Notes under the pieces: generated by a model
What the model saw: only the letters and a program-made list of their open reading frames with translations
Told to the model about the DNA's origin: nothing
Database searches by the model: none
Assembly (NCBI GenBank): GCA_041739665.1
Contig: JBGSNK010000101.1
Location: 3,310-67,309 of the forward strand
Direction: 5' to 3'
Source of the DNA: Bdellovibrionales bacterium
Lineage (GTDB): Bacteria; Bdellovibrionota; Bdellovibrionia; Bdellovibrionales; JAGQZY01
DNA: 64,000 nucleotides
Part shown: positions 58,752 through 64,000 of the stretch, piece after piece
How positions within the stretch are numbered: the first letter of the stretch is position 1
Layout: each line of letters opens with the position of its first letter
Made by a program: the position numbers and the translations under genes

Positions 58752-60050
58752 CTACACAAGCAAGCTTGCCAAAGCCGCTGTGGTAAAGGCTGCCAAGTTG
58801 CCGCCAATTACTGTGCGAATACCGAAGCGAGCTAACTCGTGACGCCGCTCGGGGATCAAGGGTCCAATTCCTCCTAATTGAATGGCAATAGATGAGAAGT
58901 TGGCAAAACCACACAAACCGTAAGATAAAATAATAAGGCTGCGCGGATGTAGGCTATCTTTTAGGTTGGCTAAATCTAAGTAAGCAATGAATTCATTAAA
59001 GACAACTTTTTTACCAATCAATCCAGCGGCCAGACCTAATTCGCCCCAAGGAAGTCCTAGGCAAAAAGCGATGGGTTTAAAAAGAAAACTTAAAATAAGG
59101 GTTAGAGAAAGTTGTGGGGGAGAGCCATCGGCGAGAGTTATCCCAATGGCCGAGCTCCAGTTTGGAAAGCCAATAAAGTTTCCAAAGCCAATTAAGAGAG
59201 CATCAAAAAGAGCAATCAGCGCGATAAAGGCTAGCAACATTGCCGCCACATTAATAGCCAGCTTCATCCCATCGCTGGCACCAGCGGCTGCCGCTTCTAT
59301 CACGTTGATGTGCTCTTTGCTTTTCTCTTTTGGAATAGAGCCTAGAGTTTCGGGAGTTTCCGTCTCGGGCACCATAATTTTAGCAATGACAAGGGCCGCT
59401 GGTGCTGAAAGCACACTGGCGGTGAGTAGGTGACCACCGATATTGGGGATCAAATCTTTGAGGATGCCCACATAGGCGGCCATGACAGAGCCTGCAATAG
59501 TGGCCATTCCTCCGGTCATCAAGGCAAAAAGTTCAGAAGAAGTCATTTTTTTGAGATAGGGCTTAATAACCAGAGGGGCCTCGGTTTGGCCGACAAAAAC
59601 ATTGGCGGCAGCGGCCAAGGACTCAGCTCCGCTGAGGTGCAAGGTCTTTTGCATCAGCCAAGCAAAGCTATTGACCACCAGTTGCATCACCCCAATATGG
59701 TAAAGGACTGTCATGAGAGAGGATAAGAAAACGATGATGGGTAAAATTTGAAAAGCTAAAATAAAGCCGGACTGGTCGGAGTGGGCAAGATCTCCTAATA
59801 AAAACTGAGAACCTACCTCGGTAAATTTTAAAATGGCAAGGATGGCAAAGTTGGCTTTGGCGAACAGAAACTGAGCGGGTCCATCAAAGCCAAGTCTTGG
59901 AATGCCGAGAACAAGCAGTGCCAAACTCCATTGTAAGGCCAAGCCAAGAAAGACAATTTTCCATTTCACACGAGATCGATCAGTCGAAAAAGAAAGGGCT
60001 ATCAGTAAAAATACGGAGATGCCAAAAAGACCCTGTAAAGTTTGAATCAT
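58752..60050 (-). CDS. NupC/CNT-family Na+/nucleoside cotransporter
   Basis: AANVFVGQTEAP, GGMATIAGSV, NEFIAY and LCGFANFSS motifs. Confidence 0.95.
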   Translation of the reverse strand: MIQTLQGLFGISVFLLIALSFSTDRSRVKWKIVFLGLALQWSLALLVLGIPRLGFDGPAQFLFAKANFAILAILKFTEVGSQFLLGDLAHSDQSGFILAFQILPIIVFLSSLMTVLYHIGVMQLVVNSFAWLMQKTLHLSGAESLAAAANVFVGQTEAPLVIKPYLKKMTSSELFALMTGGMATIAGSVMAAYVGILKDLIPNIGGHLLTASVLSAPAALVIAKIMVPETETPETLGSIPKEKSKEHINVIEAAAAGASDGMKLAINVAAMLLAFIALIALFDALLIGFGNFIGFPNWSSAIGITLADGSPPQLSLTLILSFLFKPIAFCLGLPWGELGLAAGLIGKKVVFNEFIAYLDLANLKDSLHPRSLIILSYGLCGFANFSSIAIQLGGIGPLIPERRHELARFGIRTVIGGNLAAFTTAALASLLV

Positions 60051-60778
60051 GATTTTTGGCTCCACTCATAAACAATGAGGCTGGCCGCGATGGTGGCATT
60101 GAGGGACTCGACTTTATTAGAGATTGGAATTTTTATCCTTTTGCCCGGAAAACTTTGAGGAACACCTTTGCCCTCTTCACCAATCAAAATTTTAAGGTGG
60201 GGTTTGATATCGCTCTTTTGTAAAGCTTGACCTTGTCCATCTAAGGCCACAATTTCCTTATCATTTAAATCGTGTATCGAGGGGCCTGAAAAGAGCTGGG
60301 TAGCAAGTGCTGTTCCGCTGGAAGAGCGCAAGGCTTTTGGGAGAAAGGGGTGGGCCGACTCTTTGAGTAAAACAATCTGGGGCCATGAAAAGGCCGCGCA
60401 AGTCCGAATCAAAGCTCCCAGATTATTGGGGTCACTGAGCGCCACATAAAGAGTGGCTTGATTGGGGTGAATCCGATCAAAAGTTCGAAGCTTAGGAGTT
60501 TGCACGCATAAAAGGGGTTGATTGGTGCCACACACATCTAAAGATTTAAAAAGATCAGGAGATAAAATAATATTTTTTCTGGAGGAGAAGTGGGGGCCAG
60601 GAACCATCTTGTCGGTATGAACCCAAAAGAGAGGAACCTGTGAGAGTTGTGAGATTTCATAAGTGATTTTTTCACCACTAACCAAAGCCATAGAGTGTTC
60701 TTTAATGCCTTTGCTTTTAGTCAAAGAGAGAAGTTGTTTGTAGATTGAGTTTTGAGAGCTTTCAATGATCGTGGTCAT
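60047..60778 (-). CDS. TrmH/SpoU-family RNA methyltransferase
   Basis: DPNNLGALIRT, GEEGKG and VESLNA motifs. Confidence 0.93.
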   Translation of the reverse strand: MTTIIESSQNSIYKQLLSLTKSKGIKEHSMALVSGEKITYEISQLSQVPLFWVHTDKMVPGPHFSSRKNIILSPDLFKSLDVCGTNQPLLCVQTPKLRTFDRIHPNQATLYVALSDPNNLGALIRTCAAFSWPQIVLLKESAHPFLPKALRSSSGTALATQLFSGPSIHDLNDKEIVALDGQGQALQKSDIKPHLKILIGEEGKGVPQSFPGKRIKIPISNKVESLNATIAASLIVYEWSQKS

Positions 60779-61536
60779 TAATCCTCTTTATGCTTGATCT
60801 TTTGGAAGATCAACAAACGTCTCGAGTTTTGGGTGTTGGGCAACTGGTAGGATTTATCTTTTTCAAGTTTGTAGTAGTCTCCCCATGTTTTTAATGCCAC
60901 TTCTATCTCGGGGTCGACGTTGGGACCCTTCATAAGATAGACGCGGCCACCAGTTTGCAAGCAATTCATAACGTTGCCCAAAGTGTTGCGAGCATCCTCC
61001 ACGGCACGAGTTATCACCCCATCAACGGGATAAACAAAGTCCGATGTGACATTGCGACCTATAATATCCAGGCCTTCAAGCTTGAGCTCGTCGCGCACTT
61101 TTTTTAAAAAGCTCACTCTTTTTTGCACACCCTCGGCGAGGATAATTTTCTTTTCTGGTCCCACCATAATTTTCAAGGGAATGCCGGGGAAGCCCGGGCC
61201 GCTGCCCAAGTCGAGCAATGGAAATTTAAGTGGAATCAGACGGTTGACCATCATACAGTCGATAAAATGTTTAATAGCCACATCACGCAGAGACACAAGG
61301 CGGGTCATGTTCTCTTTTTTTTGGTTTTCCATCAGCAGCAAGTAGAATTTTGTAAAAAGTTCTCTTTGCTCGTGACTCACCTTACCTTCAAAGCCGTGAT
61401 TGATGAAAATGTCCTCGAAACGTTGATCGGCCTCGGTTGCACTAAAAATTTTGGTGGGTTTTTTGTGAGCCCCTTTTAGGGCGCCACTTTTTTTCCCTTT
61501 GTAGGGGCTCCAATTGGAGTCATTTTTATGCGCCAC
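60778..61536 (-). CDS. rsmG: 16S rRNA m7G527 methyltransferase
   Basis: [29 protein letters not shown] and MKG motifs. Confidence 0.92.
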   Translation of the reverse strand: MAHKNDSNWSPYKGKKSGALKGAHKKPTKIFSATEADQRFEDIFINHGFEGKVSHEQRELFTKFYLLLMENQKKENMTRLVSLRDVAIKHFIDCMMVNRLIPLKFPLLDLGSGPGFPGIPLKIMVGPEKKIILAEGVQKRVSFLKKVRDELKLEGLDIIGRNVTSDFVYPVDGVITRAVEDARNTLGNVMNCLQTGGRVYLMKGPNVDPEIEVALKTWGDYYKLEKDKSYQLPNTQNSRRLLIFQKIKHKED

Positions 61537-61587
61537 GCCACCACCTCAAAGGTTGATAATAACAGTCAAATAACGAAATATGGGCAG

Positions 61588-62613
61588 ATGTTAGTGGAAA
61601 AGCTGCAAAAGATCAAAGCCGATGCTGAAAAAGCCATTGTGGCAGCCCCTTCAAGCCAAGACTTGTATCAGGTCAAGGTTCAATTTTTTGGTAAGCAGGG
61701 TGAATTCTCTAAAATGATGAAAGAGTTAAGCTCTTTACCCAAAGAGGATCGGCCCCAGTTTGGTAAAACAGTCAATGAAGCTCGCCAGGTCTTGGAAGAG
61801 CTTTACTCCCAAAGGGAAGAAAAACTCAAAGACCAGGAGCTGATTGCTCAGCTTAAAAACGAGGCCTTGGATCTTTCTCTCCCTGGCCCGGCTCCTGCGA
61901 CGGGTGCTCTCCACCCCATTCCAAGAGTGATTCAAGAAATTGTGGATATCCTCAGTCGAATTGGGTTCTCAGTGCGCCAAGGCCCGATGGTCGAAACGGA
62001 TCATTATAATTTTACGGCCCTCAATATCCCCGAGAATCATCCCGCGCGCGATATGCAAGATACTTTTTATGTTCAAGGCGGGGGAGTCTTAAGAACACAT
62101 ACTTCTCCGGTTCAGATACACACCTTGGAAAATGAAAAACCGCCTTTGCGGGTTTTGGCACCTGGCAGTGTTTTCCGTTGCGATAGTGATGCCTCCCACT
62201 CTCCAAATTTTCATCAAATAGAGGCCCTTTTGGTAGATAAAAAAGTTTCCATGGCCGACTTGAAAGGGACCATCTCTTTTTTTGTGAAAGAGTTTTTTGG
62301 TCCTGATATTCGCACTCGTTTTCGCCCCAGCTTTTTTCCATTTACTGAACCGTCTGCGGAAGTGGATTGCTCTTGCCCCTTATGTAAAGGCAAGGGCTGT
62401 CGAATGTGCTCGCAAACGGGGTGGATAGAAATTGGTGGTTCGGGTTTGGTGCATCCCGAAGTTTTGCGCCAAGCGGGTGTTCATCCCGATGAGTGGCAGG
62501 GCTTTGCTTTTGGTTTTGGAATCGAACGCATGGCCATTATTAAATATGGAATAGACGATATTCGTTTGTTTTCTGATAACGATCTTCGTTTTTTAAGGCA
62601 GTTCGAGTTATGA
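61588..62613 (+). CDS. pheS: Phenylalanine--tRNA ligase alpha subunit
   Basis: [30 protein letters not shown] and [10 protein letters not shown] motifs. Confidence 0.98.
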   Translation: MLVEKLQKIKADAEKAIVAAPSSQDLYQVKVQFFGKQGEFSKMMKELSSLPKEDRPQFGKTVNEARQVLEELYSQREEKLKDQELIAQLKNEALDLSLPGPAPATGALHPIPRVIQEIVDILSRIGFSVRQGPMVETDHYNFTALNIPENHPARDMQDTFYVQGGGVLRTHTSPVQIHTLENEKPPLRVLAPGSVFRCDSDASHSPNFHQIEALLVDKKVSMADLKGTISFFVKEFFGPDIRTRFRPSFFPFTEPSAEVDCSCPLCKGKGCRMCSQTGWIEIGGSGLVHPEVLRQAGVHPDEWQGFAFGFGIERMAIIKYGIDDIRLFSDNDLRFLRQFEL

Positions 62614-64000
62614 AAGTTTCGTTCAACTGGTTAAATCAGTATATCGATATTCAAGATTATCGTTCTCGATTAGGAGAACTTGAAAACCTTTTGACCCAGG
62701 CCGGCCTTGAGGTTGAAGAGATGCTAAACCCTTCGCAACATTGGGGCCACGTGGTTGTGGGCGAGCTTTTGCAAGTGGGCTCTCATCCCGATGCCGACAA
62801 GTTAACTCTCTGTCAGGTGAATGTTGGAAAATCCGAGCCCTTGCAGATTGTATGCGGAGCCAAAAATCACAAACAAGGTGACTTTGTTGCCGTGGCCCAA
62901 GTGGGAGCTGTCCTTCCGGGTGACTTTAAAATTAAGCAGTCCAAGATCCGGGGTGTGGAGTCCTCTGGCATGTTGTGCTCTGAGGTGGAGTTGGGTTTGA
63001 GTGCCGAGTCCGAAGGGATTTTAATCCTGTCACAGGAACACAAACCAGGAACACCTCTGCAGGATTTACCAGAGCTTTCCGATATAGTCTTTGAACTGAA
63101 TGTGACTCCCAATCGGGCTGACTGTCTCAGTCATTTGGGTTTAGCTCGCGAGATCTCCGCTCTCTTAGATCGTCCCATGCAATTGCCCTCTGTTCTATTG
63201 CCAGCAGTGAAAGGTGACTTGAGTGAAGTCTTACAAGTGCAATTAAAAGACAACCAGGCTTGTCCCCGTTACTGTGGGAGAATGATCAAAGGTGTCCAGG
63301 TGGCTCCCTCTCCCGATTGGTTAAAAAGACGGATCGAGGCTGTTGGCCTGAACTCAATCAACAATATTGTGGATGTTACGAACTTTGTTCTCTTTGAATT
63401 CGGTCAACCTCTACATGCATTTGACTTAAAAAAAATCAGCAACAGTAAACTGACTATTGAAAAGGCCGCAGAGGGAGAAAAATTCACCACCCTCGACAAT
63501 TCCGAAATCTCTTTAACTCAATCCGATTTGGTTATTCGCGATGGCTCTCGCCCTGTGGCCTTGGCAGGTGTTGTCGGCGGTCTCAATTCAGGAGTCAGCG
63601 ATGAAACCCAAGATATCTTTTTGGAATCGGCTTTCTTTGTGGCAGAGGGTGTGCGTCGCACCTCTCGATCCCATGGAATAGAAACCGACTCCTGTTATCG
63701 CTTTTCTCGCGGAGTGGACCCTGCCCAGACTCGGCAAGCTTTGGACAGGGCAGCGGCTTTGATCCAAGAAGTTGCGGGTGGAGAAGTACTGCCTGGCGTG
63801 GTCGATATTTATCCAACACCCTATGTGACTCAACCCATTGCTATTACCACCTCTTATGTGGAAGAGAGATTGGGTTTAGAGGTGAGTGTAAAGAGTTTTG
63901 AAAATTGGATGCTGCGCTTGGGATGTTCCGTGCAAGAAAGTCAGGGGCAGTTTCAAGTTACACCACCGACTTTTCGATGGGACTTGCGGATTAAAGAAGA
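62610..64000 (+). CDS. pheT: Phenylalanine--tRNA ligase beta subunit (runs off the window; absent from the ORF track)
   Basis: ATG 62610 overlaps the pheS stop; [37 protein letters not shown] and GQPLHAFD motifs. Confidence 0.96.
   Translation, partial: MKVSFNWLNQYIDIQDYRSRLGELENLLTQAGLEVEEMLNPSQHWGHVVVGELLQVGSHPDADKLTLCQVNVGKSEPLQIVCGAKNHKQGDFVAVAQVGAVLPGDFKIKQSKIRGVESSGMLCSEVELGLSAESEGILILSQEHKPGTPLQDLPELSDIVFELNVTPNRADCLSHLGLAREISALLDRPMQLPSVLLPAVKGDLSEVLQVQLKDNQACPRYCGRMIKGVQVAPSPDWLKRRIEAVGLNSINNIVDVTNFVLFEFGQPLHAFDLKKISNSKLTIEKAAEGEKFTTLDNSEISLTQSDLVIRDGSRPVALAGVVGGLNSGVSDETQDIFLESAFFVAEGVRRTSRSHGIETDSCYRFSRGVDPAQTRQALDRAAALIQEVAGGEVLPGVVDIYPTPYVTQPIAITTSYVEERLGLEVSVKSFENWMLRLGCSVQESQGQFQVTPPTFRWDLRIKE

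Overview
64 kb of bacterial chromosome, most likely from Bdellovibrionota or a related lineage. This is inferred from a deltaproteobacterial-type T2SS with a PilM-like GspL, an alternative complex III, a mevalonate operon in a diderm, and a YdbL/YdbH pair. Gene order: ychF(partial)-pth-rplY-prs-rdgB-rph-amidase; an acquired baeRF(Balon-like)-arcD-arcA cassette; an amber-interrupted lipoprotein; an OMP gene; ssb / probable 6S RNA / hpf; a T2SS split into divergent gspF-N and gspCDE arms; FabD-like pseudoenzyme, GNAT and pduO genes; FGase-resB-ccsA-actABCDEF; thrS-infC(ATT start)-rpmI-rplT; the mevalonate operon with grxB inside it; ydbL/ydbH-like genes; a PP2C-CheY-CheX / membrane CheA-like kinase-STAS-desaturase signalling cassette; nupC-trmH-rsmG; pheS-pheT(partial). 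Best candidates for undescribed systems: (1) an unannotated ~57-nt sigma54-type small RNA unit at 9550-9731, with tandem palindromic upstream sites, a -24/-12 promoter, a C-rich anti-Shine-Dalgarno seed and its own terminator; (2) a hybrid of a CheW-less chemosensory-like phosphorelay and a partner-switching module next to a fatty-acid desaturase; (3) a ribosome-hibernation-like factor linked to an incomplete arginine deiminase pathway. No tRNA, rRNA, CRISPR array, transposase or integrase was seen. All calls come from manual motif reading; no database search was run.
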